Below are positions 12,162-24,923 of a stretch of DNA of 64,000 nucleotides, in pieces. This stretch comes from Eremomyces bilateralis CBS 781.70 (lineage: Eukaryota), in assembly GCA_010015585.1 (NCBI GenBank), contig ML975150.1, one strand, 5' to 3'. The first letter of the stretch is position 1; each line of letters starts with the position of its first letter. The notes beneath the pieces were generated by a model, which saw nothing but the letters and a program-made list of their open reading frames with translations, was not told the DNA's origin and ran no database searches. The position numbers and the translations under genes were made by a program.

Positions 12162-13153
12162 GTGGCCCCAAGAGATCGCTCACGGGGGCGAGACATCCAT
12201 ATCTACGATGTCAACGATCGGGATACAGTACTTGGTGGTCTAATCCTCACAAACGGCATCACAAATGCCAACTTCTTCTCGATGGTAGAGATTCTTGTCT
12301 TGTTCACAAGTAGCTTTGAATTACGAGATGAGGACGATACCAAAATCGAAAGGAATGACAGCCAGCTTCAGCCGGGGAAGTACTATATAACTGCTGCTGG
12401 TAAGTTTCTATGTAATTGCCTTATTGTGCTTGGACAGTTAAGCTTTTTGACTAGATCCTTTCTCGGTCAACAATGAGCCGTGGCTTCTCCGTACCATATC
12501 TCACACCACTGGAACTCGTGTCAAACCCTTCTGCGCAGCTACACGTGCGCGAGATCGTCGATGCGTCATATCTGGAGTAGAGGCAATCAATTCCGACCTT
12601 GACGACTGGACGGGGTTTCACGCTGCCCATATCTTCCCACTAGCCTACCACGACCATTGAATGAAGAACGGCTACGATCGCGGGATTACAATTCCGCCGG
12701 AGAAGGGTGAAGCCATTAACTCTGTACAAAATGGATTGTTGCTTCGAACTGATATACACGAGTTGTTCGATATGTTTAACATTTCAATTAACCCCGACGT
12801 AAGGATAATTTGCATTTAATTAGAGATGAAGTGGCTGACGGTTATTTTAGGACAATTATAATATTGTTTTCTTCACCCGTGATGCGAACGGTTTGGCCGG
12901 CAAGTGTCTTGACAAAAACTTTCGAGGTAACCTTCAACGACCTGTCGATCAGGTTTTGCGATGGCACTTTAGACAGGCTGCCCTGGCAAACATGAGGGAT
13001 GCTGGCGAGCCTCGGTTCGAGCATGACTTCCCGTCTGGCTCGGATATAGTTGGTGACATTCTCCATGGTCCAAAGGCGGCCGGAAGGATGGAACTCGAGC
13101 TGTTCAACCGCCTAGTAGCACAGGTTGATGTATGGGGCGTTTCTTCTAGCTAG
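12162..13153 (+). pseudogene. Fungal HNH endonuclease (HNH_2-type) with small N-terminal header domain; disabled
   Basis: RARDRRCVISG...FHAAHIFP...INSVQNGLLLRTDIHELFD...LRWHFRQAALANM. Introns 12400-12454 and 12799-12850. In-frame TGA at 12658-12660 (at a position expected to be Trp); presumptive start reads GTG (12162). Confidence 0.85.
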
Positions 13154-13388
13154 GTAGGAATATTGTATGTTATTAAGTTTTTCGCCAATAGACCATCCAC
13201 CTCTTTAGTTACACATACTCCACTCTATAGAGCTAGTTGGCTGAAATTTTACCTAGTGATGTCTTCGGTTCAAGATGCGTAAAGCAAGGGAACCCTTAAA
13301 TGCCAATGCCACAGAAAATGTCATAGTGCTATTTGGCAGGACCATTGAGATGGATCACTATAGTAAAACAGCTTGTATTCGACCAAAC

Positions 13389-13390
13389 GA

Positions 13391-13448
<58 letters not shown>
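13389..13448. repeat. (GAAA)15 microsatellite
   Basis: Perfect tetranucleotide array. Confidence 0.97.
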
Positions 13449-13449
<1 letters not shown>

Positions 13450-13509
13450 GGAAATCAGGAACGAAAGAGGTATCCAATCTACATGTGTATAGAATTTGCA
13501 TTGTACAGG

Positions 13510-14683
13510 ATGATGGCTATGGAAGCAATCCATTACGGACAAGAGCCTGGTCACTACAAGAACGTGAGCTCTCGTCACGAACCATTCATTTCTCCCATGG
13601 GCAATTACACTAGCAATGCCGAACCATCAAGGGGTCGGCAGAACTCCATGGCATGAGATGACAAGGGAGCACGTTGACATCATACTGTTGCCACTGAAGC
13701 TCGCTGCGGACGAAGTTTTCCGCTCGGCCGGTCCGGGTTTCCAACATGACCGCTTGTATGAACTGGTGAAAGACTTCGCTACCAGGTACTCAACCAAGAA
13801 GACTGATAATTTTCCCCGTGTTGGCAGGCCTGGCGCTAAAGTCCCGCAACGAACAGGTTCAGGAACGGCACTTCGCCGGACTCTGATCCGACTACCTACC
13901 ATCGGCACTCCTATGGAGGGTGGTATTGCCACTTTACTCCCTTTACTTTGAAAACCGGAAGTCCGTGAGTCCGTTCAGTGCGTTTCAACCACGACGCTGC
14001 AGCGATACAGAGCGCCGAGTTGGTCCTGGGCAGTCATTGACGGCGAGATCAGCTACGGCAACAGACGAGTGAATAGAATGAATAGAATGTACGACCACGG
14101 AAACAATCCATTGGACACTGGATCGGGGGACTTCGAAATTCTGCCGTCGGGCTCTTTCTACGATCCGGCAGCTACACTCAGCCCTTCCGGCTCATTCTCG
14201 GACGGCCCCCTGATAGCCCAGGGCTGTATCGCTGAGGTTCGGGTTGGCGCTCGGTTCATAGACGATTTTACAGAGAGATATTGGCCCCCGGCAGGGTTGC
14301 ATGATGCCAATGTTAGGCTGTTATCTCCAGATATCCCAGATAACCTCCCCATTCGGCGGGCAGTGTTTGTTTTAAGCGTCCGACCCGAGCCATACTGGAC
14401 TCATTTTATGATGCCAAGCCCTTTTCATCGCGAACTTCTCTCCTATGAACCGACTGTCTGGGGTTGCCATGATCTGAGAGTGGGTCTCGCTCTCGTGCGG
14501 GAGCAGGCAGGCGAGGTTTATCGGCGTGTCGGTTATACGCTTGGGCTTCTGAAAGATGTCTTCGAGGGCAAGCAGCGTAGCGAGCGGAGGATTGTCTGCA
14601 GACCAAAGCGATCGGAGACAGCAAGGAAACAAGTACCGAAGAACATTTGGAATACTGATGGCACAACGCCAGGAGTCAGATGA
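13510..14683 (+). pseudogene. C-terminal part of a HET-domain (heterokaryon incompatibility) protein; truncated and disrupted
   Basis: PLRTRAWSLQERELSSRTIHFSHGQLH*QC (TAG 13611-13613), LVKDFATR...KTDNFP, frameshift, HFAGL*SDYLPSALLWR (TGA 13884-13886), YRAPSWSWAVIDG (14006-), GEVYRRVG. Confidence 0.85.
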
Positions 14684-17603
14684 CTTCAACGAAGACCGAT
14701 GCATGGATACGGAGACCTTTAAAACATGGCGTATATCCGGGCGTGGTTATAGAGAGCTGTAGTCCGAGGACACAGGTATTGGACAGATTGATAGCAGTAA
14801 GAGTTCAGGTGACCATCGCGCGTTAGACTCGTGCCAGAAATGTAGTATTGAAGCCCAATGTCTGGTTAAGAATCGCCGCCGTTGACGATCGGCTTGGATC
14901 GGATGGACCGGCTTTGATCGACGACGATGTGAAATTAGGAGCTAGATCCTGGACAAGCTGAACCGCTTTATGGACTTTATCGGCCCATGCACCTTGTTGC
15001 ATATCATTCCAAGCTTTTGCTATTATTCTTTAATCTGTACGGCATCAACCAACTTTCGTCGCCACACCGTTCTCGGAAGTTGCGCTTTGTAAATCGCATG
15101 CTAGCCCCGAGCGAGCGTTTGCGACAAAGACACGTTTCCCGAGCCGGATGACACGGGATGGTGCCCGGGTCTCAGACGCGAGGCGGAGTCATGATAAGTC
15201 AGGGTTCTTGCAGCACGCGATCACCTAACGGCGAACATGCCTCTTGGGCCACCCGACACATTGTGAGACAGAGAAACATGAAACACATCTTGCAGAGCTT
15301 CCATTTCCAATCGTCAACACCCAGTTCCAAGGAACGGGGCGTCGATGCCCGATTGCAAGGGAACGAAATCTGGGGGAGGTCAACCAACATCTGTTCCATC
15401 TGGCGGAGGGAGGAAGGGTCTGTGGCTCTTGGGTTGCCGGAGATCTGGGCGGGGAGAGACCCGAAGTACCCTAGTATCCATGACCATACAGAAGGGTCCC
15501 CTTCGATCGCATAGGAGGTTGTTGAAACGGCATCCCACGGTGCGCCACGAATGGCCTTCAACATCTTGACAAACAGAGTGGATGACATCTAGTACCCTCA
15601 ACGGGCTCAACCCGAGGTTTCATGATGTCAATAGTTTAAACGGCTCGATATTAACATTGTTCGGAGAGGCCGATTTTAGTGAGGCGTGAGGCGTCAGATC
15701 TGCGGGGAGAAGCCGAAGTTTCCATATTACGAGCGACTCTGGCTGGCTACATGTGGCTGTGAGAGTGAGCTTCTCCCTCTGCTGTAAGCACTACAGGGAG
15801 GTGTGCACAGCCTCAACGACACCCTTCCACTGCAGTTGTCACTCGTCATCCACCATCACCGTCTCGCCGGATTACGCGAATCTGCTCGGCTGTCGGGCAG
15901 AGCGCCTTGGTCTTCAACCGATTGAGAAACTTTGACGGTCATTCCCCGTATCTCGTGGTCATGCGCCGGGCACCAGCGCGTCAGTAAGCGCCAGTACAAC
16001 GCTGACAACGGTGTTGGAACGGGGAGGGGGTACGTACTACTACGGACGGGAATATCGAGATACACACAATACCTAAACCATTCCCGTAGCGTTATTTCAT
16101 TACCCGATCACATGGGGGATGGAATTTTATCTCTTGATGAAGTGACCCTTGAAGAATTGATGATCCGGGGCGGAATCGGCTTCATACGCTCATCCTGGTC
16201 ACTCTGGACTTCACGCTGCCCATTGGATCTTTGCGTTTCACACCTTTTTTTAGCCTCGATCAACCACAACCTGTCATCCAGCTTTTTCGCCTTCGACCAC
16301 GACCCTCGTCCATGAATCCATCATCCCCATCCGCCGTCAGTTGCGCAACTCCAGACCTGGGTCGAATCTTGATCCGCCTCCCCTTCGTCCTGCTACCGTC
16401 CCTCTTGCTCGACCCGTCGGTTGATCTAGTCCCACTCGGGCAACCAACGCCGCTGCAGTGGTAAGGAGGCCCTTGTGGCAGAGGGACGGGACTGATGGGC
16501 GAGTATGGAACGCTTCTGGAATGCCACTCATCTTGAATCGCAGGTCGCAATACTTCTTGGACAGCTACTAGCGACGGCTCATACATGACTCTAAGCCCGA
16601 CAGGATCATGTTATTCATGCCGGCTGAGGCCGAGCCCTCTTGTTTGGCTGCTCTGCTAATGAGGTCGAAGCCGAATGAGGCTGTGGTGGAAATGTGGAAT
16701 GGTCGGTCATCTGCGCTGCGCAGCTTGATGCTCACTCTCGCTGCAGGATGATTGCCATGGCATGGTGGCACCCTGCACAACCATCGCAACCCATCGGTTG
16801 TCCCTTTGGATTTCATGGGTGATATCACAGTACTTTGGGATGTGCAATGCCATTTTCAGCCATCAATACGGGCTGGGGTACAGCTAATGTTCCACAGCTT
16901 CCATGCGGATATGGACCGCAGGTTTGATACACCACACCTGGTCCCGCGTTTCTTCTCGCGCTTCCTGGTCGTAGTTTGACCGTTTCTATTGGGTTTAGTG
17001 TCCTTCAGCTTGACCGAAGCGGGCATGCATTTATTGCATTTTTGCTCGAGGGCAAATCGGCTGGGGGATGGGGCTGGGCTTGGGTGTGTGCAGGTCTGAC
17101 TCTTTTATGCAGCATCCGCTTCGGCGCCGCCTTCGCAGACGTGCAGAAAGATGCGCATAACCTGCATACAGAACCCACTCGACCGTCAATCCACCATCCC
17201 AGTCTCTTTTCTATTCTCCACTACGCTGGTCACCATTACGGTCGCCATGTCGCCCATGGCCGAGAGAGAGCGTCCCTATTCCAGGTAGATTGGTTCGATC
17301 CCAATCCAGGCCTTCCCTTTAGAACGATTTAAGACTCCTACTTTTCCCACCCCCCACCACGTCTATCTGCCGCTGCTGACCCTCACCCTCTTCCACCCTC
17401 CCGCCCTCTATTCTCATTCGTCCATAATCCGTATCCCCTTTGTCTCTTTTCCTCTTTCCAGCCCCAAGGCGTGCAAACCACTTCCCTCGTTGGGACTCGC
17501 CTTTGAGACACCTTCACCTCCAATATCAGTTCCTTTTTCCTTTCGTTTCCAGGTGCCCTCACCGTCCCTCTTTCTATTCGTTTTCTCATAGGTCACTGTC
17601 GCC

Positions 17604-18647
17604 ATGCCGATATCATTATTACCCAACACGGCGCAAGCCTTTGCGCCGCGGTCTGCCCCGACCATCGTCCTCAGTTCCAAGGTCGAACCATGGCTCACCC
17701 AGACGCTGAAGCGGGTCAACAAGATCAAACGTCCGCTCAATTCCATTCCACAGCACTACCGATGCCTGACGGAGACCTTGTCTGGCACGGCGGCAATATG
17801 GACGCTGTGCTCCATTATGTTACCCAAAGCGCCTGATTCCGAGCTGCGGAAGGACTCGAATCCGCTCGTGGAGGCTCTGTTCAACTACCAGCTGTTGCAC
17901 GTTGACGCATATGTTGTACACGTTGACATGGTGTCACAGCATGAGGTTGCATTCAAGCTGACTCCGGAATCCATTGACGCTTTGATCGAGTACCACAAGG
18001 ACATCTATTCCGTCGACGTGTCCGCCAACACATGGCAATGGCCCGAGAAGGAGGTTCAGCTCAAGAAGCTTCAAGAGGAATTCGTCCAAGCGGTCAACAA
18101 ATACGTCTTCCGAACTGGGGTCCGCGCGCTCGAAGGACTGGAAGAGGAGGGTGCCGGGGAACTACTGGATGGACGGAGCGAGGACGTCAAGAACGGCATC
18201 ATGGGCCTTTTCCTCCCGTTGCTGCCGCCCCCACCGAGGATCGTGGACGTTGTCCGACCCGTTCCGCAGCTTCTCCCCAGCTCCCCCAACGATGCGAACT
18301 GGTGGCACCCAGCTCAACCGATCCCTTCCCATCCCGCCCCCGTCGACTCGTGGCGAGTCCTCCCGTCCACCCCGAGTCCGACCATCGCGACCTGCAGCGA
18401 CTCCGCCCCATCCTTCTGGTCCACCTTGGGCATGGACCAAGTGCAGCTCCCGTCGCCGACCCCGTCCTTCAGCCAACCCTGCTATAGCACGAGCAGCCAG
18501 TACTGCAGCCCACCGATGACGACCGCGATGCCAGCGCTCCCGCTCCCGTCGATGCTTGCGCAGTGCGGAACGACCGCCGGCATGGGCTTCGGCGGGTTCG
18601 CGTGGAGCTACAACGACTTTGCGCCGCAGTACGCCGCGACGATGTAG
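17604..18647 (+). CDS. Conserved Pezizomycotina hypothetical protein (347 aa, Pro/Ser-rich C-terminus)
   Basis: Intronless ORF with strong codon bias and globular-looking N-terminal half (AFAPR...KVEPWLTQTLKRVNKIKRPLNS...AYVVHVDMV...AFKLT). Confidence 0.8.
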   Translation: MPISLLPNTAQAFAPRSAPTIVLSSKVEPWLTQTLKRVNKIKRPLNSIPQHYRCLTETLSGTAAIWTLCSIMLPKAPDSELRKDSNPLVEALFNYQLLHVDAYVVHVDMVSQHEVAFKLTPESIDALIEYHKDIYSVDVSANTWQWPEKEVQLKKLQEEFVQAVNKYVFRTGVRALEGLEEEGAGELLDGRSEDVKNGIMGLFLPLLPPPPRIVDVVRPVPQLLPSSPNDANWWHPAQPIPSHPAPVDSWRVLPSTPSPTIATCSDSAPSFWSTLGMDQVQLPSPTPSFSQPCYSTSSQYCSPPMTTAMPALPLPSMLAQCGTTAGMGFGGFAWSYNDFAPQYAATM

Positions 18648-20934
18648 CAATCAACGGAAAGCGATTCAGGTCCGAGTCGTCATTTCACTTCGACTTCTGA
18701 ATTTTAATCGGCTATTTTCCTCTTCCCTCTTGGCTCCCGGACGACCGACGGACGCGCATAGACCTGCGACGACGCGACACGAGACGAGAAACGAGCATGA
18801 AAACGATAGCTTTGCAAGCATCAACCGACACATCATTGGGACGGCGTTCAACTGAATTTTTCACCACCATGGGCACTGGGTTTGAGTCATCCAGCCGTAT
18901 TTTTCCTTTGGATATCCCATTTTTCCCTTACGTTTTGATTTGATTTAGTACTTGTCATTTAGCGAAGCGTGCTTGTGTTTTGGGCTTTTAGGGAGACCAT
19001 TCGACCGACTGGTCGGATCCGGCATCTTTCCTTGCTTGCATCTTCCCGGGAGGCAGTGTGCAACGGGCATATTACAAAGATTGGGACAATCCAAAGCCGC
19101 GAGGCTGAAACATCGGGCTGGCATCCTCGGTTTCGAGGAACTGTTCTCGTTTTGTTTTTTTTAATGTTGTTGATTATTTCGTGGGACGCGGGAGAGATCA
19201 TATGGATGGTGGAATCACGACCGTTTCTGCGCCACGCAAGGCTTCGACCGGATCGAATTTCTTCGGGACGAAAACGTTTCCCCATTCCTTTCCCCTCCAC
19301 GCCGGGCCGATACTGCGTATTGACCGGGACCCCCGAGGCGACGTACCCTTGGAAGCGATGGAATACATCTGGCATCGTTCCGTCGTCTTTTCACCTCGAT
19401 CCGCATTCACGACCACACCTCCAGCCCACGCACCAGTACTCGGACGATGAGGAAGTGGAGGATGCATCTGCCTGTGGCGGGTAGCACCTCGTGGCATCGA
19501 CCCCCTGAGCGCGTCTACTGCATGCAGAGACCTCCCAGGGGGGATATGTTTACTCCTCGCGTCCCGACGGAAGTCTTGGGCTTTGAATTTGGGAACTGCA
19601 ATCGGATCACTGGGTCGTCCCTCACACCCTCTCGTCTTTCTCGGCAGCGCCGATGACGGAGGGACCTCAAGAGAAGCTGGATTATTCTCTTGTATACATA
19701 TGGCAGGAGCTGTGCTTGCTGCTCATACATCTATCTCATCGATTGGTAGTAAATCATTAATGGAAACCCATTAACGAAAGTCGTCTTGAAGTCTTCCGTA
19801 CATCGTGAATATGTGATTCCGCTTGCGTCTCTTACCCCCTGGTTCCAGACGTCTTCGATGACACAGGGACATCGTGCATCGGAATCCAGTGCACCCAACC
19901 CGACGAGCCATCAGAATCCTAAGCCCAATGCTCCATGCATCTCCATCGATGCTACTGCACGAGCAATTTTCCGCATCTAGGATCGCGGGAGAAAATGGCC
20001 CATCCCCACGGCTTGTGTCGCCGTGTGCCCGCATTGGGAACACCAAATAAATGTCCGAATCTGGCAGTGATTGCAGCGGAACACAGAGAGTTCTCGTGAA
20101 CGACCCGGGGAGCATGACGATAGGAGCACCAGAAATGATCGAGTTTTCGAGATATAAAAGTATAGCAGAGGCATGGGCATGAATCGGCATATGGGGACGG
20201 ACAGTCGTCGTCGGCCATTTCTAGGCACGCGAACCCTTCGATTATACCTTATCGATAGTGAATTTCGGTAACAAAGCGGGAAACAATCGGGGTTCTTGCC
20301 ATTTCCTGGCTCGGGACCGATACCGCTCACGACTTCAGTGACTGGAAGCTCCGAATGTCTTTGACTTGGATCTTGATATGTCATCCATTCACCATACAAA
20401 CCCAAACATCACCGTTCACCACCTCCGAATCTCGTTTGCCTCACTGATATTTGAATGCACCTGATGAACAAACTTTACATTCTACATCATCACCGTCTAT
20501 ACCGCTTACCATCGCCTGTCTCTCGACGATATATTAAAAGAAAGCAACTCCACCCGCCAGGATTCTTTGTTGACCAATCACGCCACCGAGCCTTGTCCAC
20601 CCTTCACTGGATGCATCAGCTCCGCATATCCGGCGCCGCTTTGTCTAATACCGCCGCAGTACAACATCGCAACAGAGTACTGGAGCATATTGACCGCATC
20701 GCTGGTTGAAGAACTGACTCTACGGACTTCGATACTTGCTATCCAAAGAACAACAATAGCTACCATACCTCGGAACGAATTCACCACGATTAACCCGTAC
20801 CCCGGCGCATCGTGGTGGAAGTTGTCTGTGTTTCGGGTTTCTGACACCGCTGTGGGAGGCTGCAGCGTCTCTGCAGCGTTGCGGAGCCGGTTGTGGGTGT
20901 GATACGTAGTCTACTGGTGGAGAGAAGTAGTGCA

Positions 20935-23265
20935 ATGCCTCCGGGTGAGTGAAGTCCTTGGAGACCACTTTCATCGTGCCCTCGGCGCGAATACACGATG
21001 CAGGCGCTGTGAACTGTAATGCTAACTTGGGTGCTGCCATAGTTAATCCACGCCCGCAGTCGAGAAGTCCGACAAATGTGAGTCCCGACGTCTCTACGGC
21101 TCCTCGACCGCGACATACCTTCGTCTTTATTGTGTCCGGAAGCGATGGGGAGATTGTGGAAGTTGTGGTTCGTGGAATCCGCGAGCACATGCTACCCGGA
21201 AGCCATATCGCTGCTGCATAGAAAGCACCTTTTCATTCTATTCGGACCATCGCTGTTTTCGCCGCGCTTCCATATAGACTCAACATGCTAACCGCCGGTC
21301 TCCTAGGATCCTACCCCTACCTACTACTACCATCCTGATCACCAGGAACTCGACACCCTCCCAGACCCTGAACTTGCAGCCAGCCTCCTACCCACCAGAG
21401 TCTCTCCCGACGACGAAGTCGACGATGCCAACGTGAGCTTCCTCCGAAGCCCCATCGATCCACAGGACGAGTGGAGGGCGCAAAATGCGTTCCTCGATTC
21501 GAGCCGCCACCGCTCCTCCCCACTACCCCATCATTCTTCGACGCAAACCACCACCGGCAGTCGACCGATGGAGACCAGATCGAACGAGGACCGTCAACGA
21601 CGAGAGCGCCTTCACCGGATCTTGTCGCGGCTAAATCGAGTGTACGACACACCCACATCTGCGGAACGGGCCACGCAGCGGGCGACGGAATCGCGGAACG
21701 ACTGGGCAGCAGCCTCGCCGTGGGAGCCGTCGGAAGAAGATGAGGCAAGCTTTCAGGAGATCTATGATAGCGTGCGAAGTCAGCTGCCGGACTACCCTCC
21801 ACATAGTCTCCGGGTCATGGCGAGGGATCAATTTCTTCTGGAGCAGCGAAATCGAGGACTTGGGCGGGAAATTCGAGGGCCATCGGGCGGTGGGACCTCA
21901 TCACACTTGGCGAGCGATTCGTTAAGAGCGAGTGCGATTTTGCAGAGCGTGAGGAGACATCCGAGGTTTTCGGCGAGATCACGGGATCATATGCAACGAT
22001 ATATCCTGGAGAGGGAGCGGTTTGGGCATGATACAGATGATCGGGAAAGGCCGAGTTCGGATCGAGGAATGTCAGCGACCGATCGATATGAGGCAACCCG
22101 CCTGGCGTGGATGATGGACGAACCAGGCGCGTACCGGAGTCGATATCAGCGTGAGAGCCCGCCCGCCGTACACACCTCCGGATCATCACCCTTATTCCAA
22201 GCCGTAATCTCATACCTTGCGAAGATCCGGTATTCAGAAACAGAAGCAGACAGCTGGGACTGCGCGAGCGATATCCTTGTTAGCAAGGAATTTGCGCCCT
22301 CCATCGACGATTTCGTTGTCAATGTCGACGAGCTTCCTCCACCACCTCCGACCTCCTGGCTCGCCCCTGGCGCGGTTTTCTCTGGCTCACAGCATGCAAC
22401 ATCCACCAGCCCATCTTGCCCCGACCATTTACCTCCTGTGGGCACGACCGCACGCTACCTCCTCAACCGCGGCGGAAATTCTTCCGCCCCCTCACATCAG
22501 GCACCAATCGCCGTGGAAATGCTGTGGCAGACTGGATCGCCCTCTGATTCTGGCCACGCACCCCCCCAGCAGGACGACCACTGGCCCGTGAGAGTCACTG
22601 TCCACTCCGTCGACTACGACACCATGACCGTCGCCGCGACCATGGAAGCGTACAACGTCCCCTCCGTCTACCCCACCCCCGACCCCTCCCACGCCACCGC
22701 CCCCCGCCTCTCCAGCATCACCACCTACCTCGAAGGCGAGATCCTCGACTTCACCACCCACTCCTTCCTAACCGAGTCCTTTCACAGCGACCTTGACCAC
22801 GATGCCCTCTACTGGTCGAAGCTCGAGCCCATGAAATCTGTCGCCTCCATCACCACGAACTGCACCGACCCCAACAACCACCCGACCGACCCCTCCTCAC
22901 CCACCAACCCCCGCTCCCTCCCCCACGCGCTCACCTCCCGCGCCTGGCTCACCCAGCTTCAACGCACCCACGTCCTCATGCGCTGGAAAGAGCGCTGCTT
23001 CGTCAAAGCCACCTCCCGCTCCGCCGAGGCCGTGCCCAGCGACGCCTCCCCGAGCTCGTCGTACCACAGCTTTTCATCCGACGACGACGCCGTGCTGCAC
23101 GAAGACGGCTGCGGCCTGACCATCAACGGCTTCTATTACTGCAGCCTGCGCCGGAGCGACGGCGCCATCGAGGGACTGTACTGCGATCCGGCGAGTAGCC
23201 CGTACCAGCATCTGAGGCTAAAGGCGGTGGGGAGAGGGGTTGCGCCCGCGTGGGACTTTCGATGA
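20935..23265 (+). CDS. GID4/Vid24-family (vacuolar import and degradation) protein
   Basis: WLAPGAVFSGSQH, WPVRVTVHSVDY, ITTYLEGEILDF, LMRWKERCFV, GLTINGFYYCSLRRSDG, GLYCDPASSPYQHL. Predicted exons 20935-20944 (MPP), 21043-21077, 21307-23265 with consistent phases. Confidence 0.88.
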
Positions 23266-24223
23266 TCGGAGGGATTATGCGAGCGCATTTGGATGGATGG
23301 GGCGGACGTACGGCTTGTCTCGCTCGCATGGTGGCGGCGTCACCTCGCGTTGAGGATCTTCGACGGTTTTTTCTATACATGTCCAGACGGCGTTGTTTTT
23401 GCGCGGGTTTATTGTCTGGATGCATCACACGCGTGGCGTTTTGTGCGAGTGTTCCCTGCGGGGAAATCGGGTTGTTAGCCATGATCGCATTTACATACCC
23501 GGGGTGTTGCATAGGGTTTGTTATTTCTGCTTGGATACAGTTTCGTGGCTCCCCTCGGTCACGGACATACACATTGATAGGATACGTGGGATAGGGTTAT
23601 CAATGGACGATTATGATAATGGACATGATTTGATATGAATGGTTTCTCTAGATGCTGTGATTTGCGTGCCTTGATATCATTGACCAGGAGGTCGACGACT
23701 GGGGTATAAGTGCAAGAACGTAGCAAAACCTGAGATGTATTGTCCTGGAGGTGAGAAGTCCCCAATGGATTCTGTTCAATCTGACCCTGACTCGCTATGA
23801 ACCCTCGTATCGTGGCAGCGTCCGCTACCTCGAAGTCCTTCATCTATCTGGAATTCGTCCATCGCTCTACCGCTTCCAACCATTACGCAGCATAAGCCGA
23901 TAAAAATGGGTTTGCCCCGCGCTAGGAAAAGAATGTTAGGGCCTAAAGCCGCGATACAGACACCAGGTCCCTTCTGCCCAAGTGTCTGAGGGCCATTCCG
24001 CGCTTTCCTCGCACCTTATCCCAGCATATTCCCTATCCTGACCTAAGGCTCCGGGTGGCTCCGGGTAGCTCTTTGATCAGTGACGAGCCAGAAATTATAT
24101 CGATGGTGCAGGCAAAACCCGAATGTGAAGCCCATCACACCCTAGTCGCCTCCAATCTGCCTCCAAGATTCGACGACTAGGACCCTTTCGAAATTGACTG
24201 TCCATCTTCGCTAGTCCCTCTCT

Positions 24224-24770
24224 TCACCCCTCTGCCGTCCTCGTCGCACTCCAGTACCCCCCAGTACCTACAACCACCCTCCCCGCGCCCCTCTCCAACT
24301 CCGGCATCGCCCCGACGACTTCCCGCGCCAAGATATCGCGAAACCGCGCATACGCATCCGACCGTCCCTTCAGTGTCTGGTTCATCCGCTGCGCCAGCTC
24401 GACGAACTCCCGCGTGTAGATGTCCGGGTTGCGGCCGCTTTGCACGTAGTCAATCACTTCGGGAGGGAGCTGCACCGTCACGGTGGGGGCGGTGCGGGAG
24501 AGTTGGAGGAGGTGGGTAAGGAGGTGGGTGCTGGGGAGGTTAGTTGAGCCCGGGAGAGATGGACGGAAGGGAGGGGAGGGGGAACGTACATATGCCGTTG
24601 CATTGTGTCGATGGTGACTTGGCCTTCATGGGCTCCGGTGCATACTATCAGTTGGTAGAGCTCTTGAACGACGGCTCTCATTTGATCTGGAGGTGTGGTT
24701 AGCCATCACATTCTGGTAAGCATTTGTGTGGAAATTAACCATCCACTTTCCTCAACTCGGGGTCTGCCAT
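24224..24770 (-). CDS. MED10: Mediator complex subunit 10
   Basis: LPPEVIDYVQSGRNPDIYTREFVE signature; ATG at 24770, two short introns. Confidence 0.92.
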
Positions 24771-24912
24771 AGTGAGTAGATGCGAAAAAAGGCTTTAAAT
24801 CAGCTAGACTGAATGCGCTGCATTAAATAACAGAACTCTATCATAATTTAATTCTTGCTTGGAGCTTCAGTTGACTTCGATGTTGAAGTGTAGCTATATT
24901 GATGCCTTACAG

Positions 24913-24923
24913 TGCCTGAGGCA
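24913..24923. promoter_or_regulatory. TGCCTNAGGCA palindrome in MED10/PXA divergent promoter
   Basis: TGCCTGAGGCA plus half-site TGCCTTA at 24903-24909; motif recurs at 37340 and 59384. Confidence 0.6.

Noticed and set aside
13611..13613. A-to-I editing rescue of the TAG (Trp position) in the HET relic
   Set aside because: The same relic also has a TGA, frameshifts and an N-terminal truncation, so it is a true pseudogene
17250..17312. tRNA-like T-arm ATTGG-TTCGATC-CCAAT (17289-17305) with upstream TGGCCGAG A-box-like string
   Set aside because: No acceptor stem or anticodon arm and A-to-B box spacing too short; not a tRNA gene
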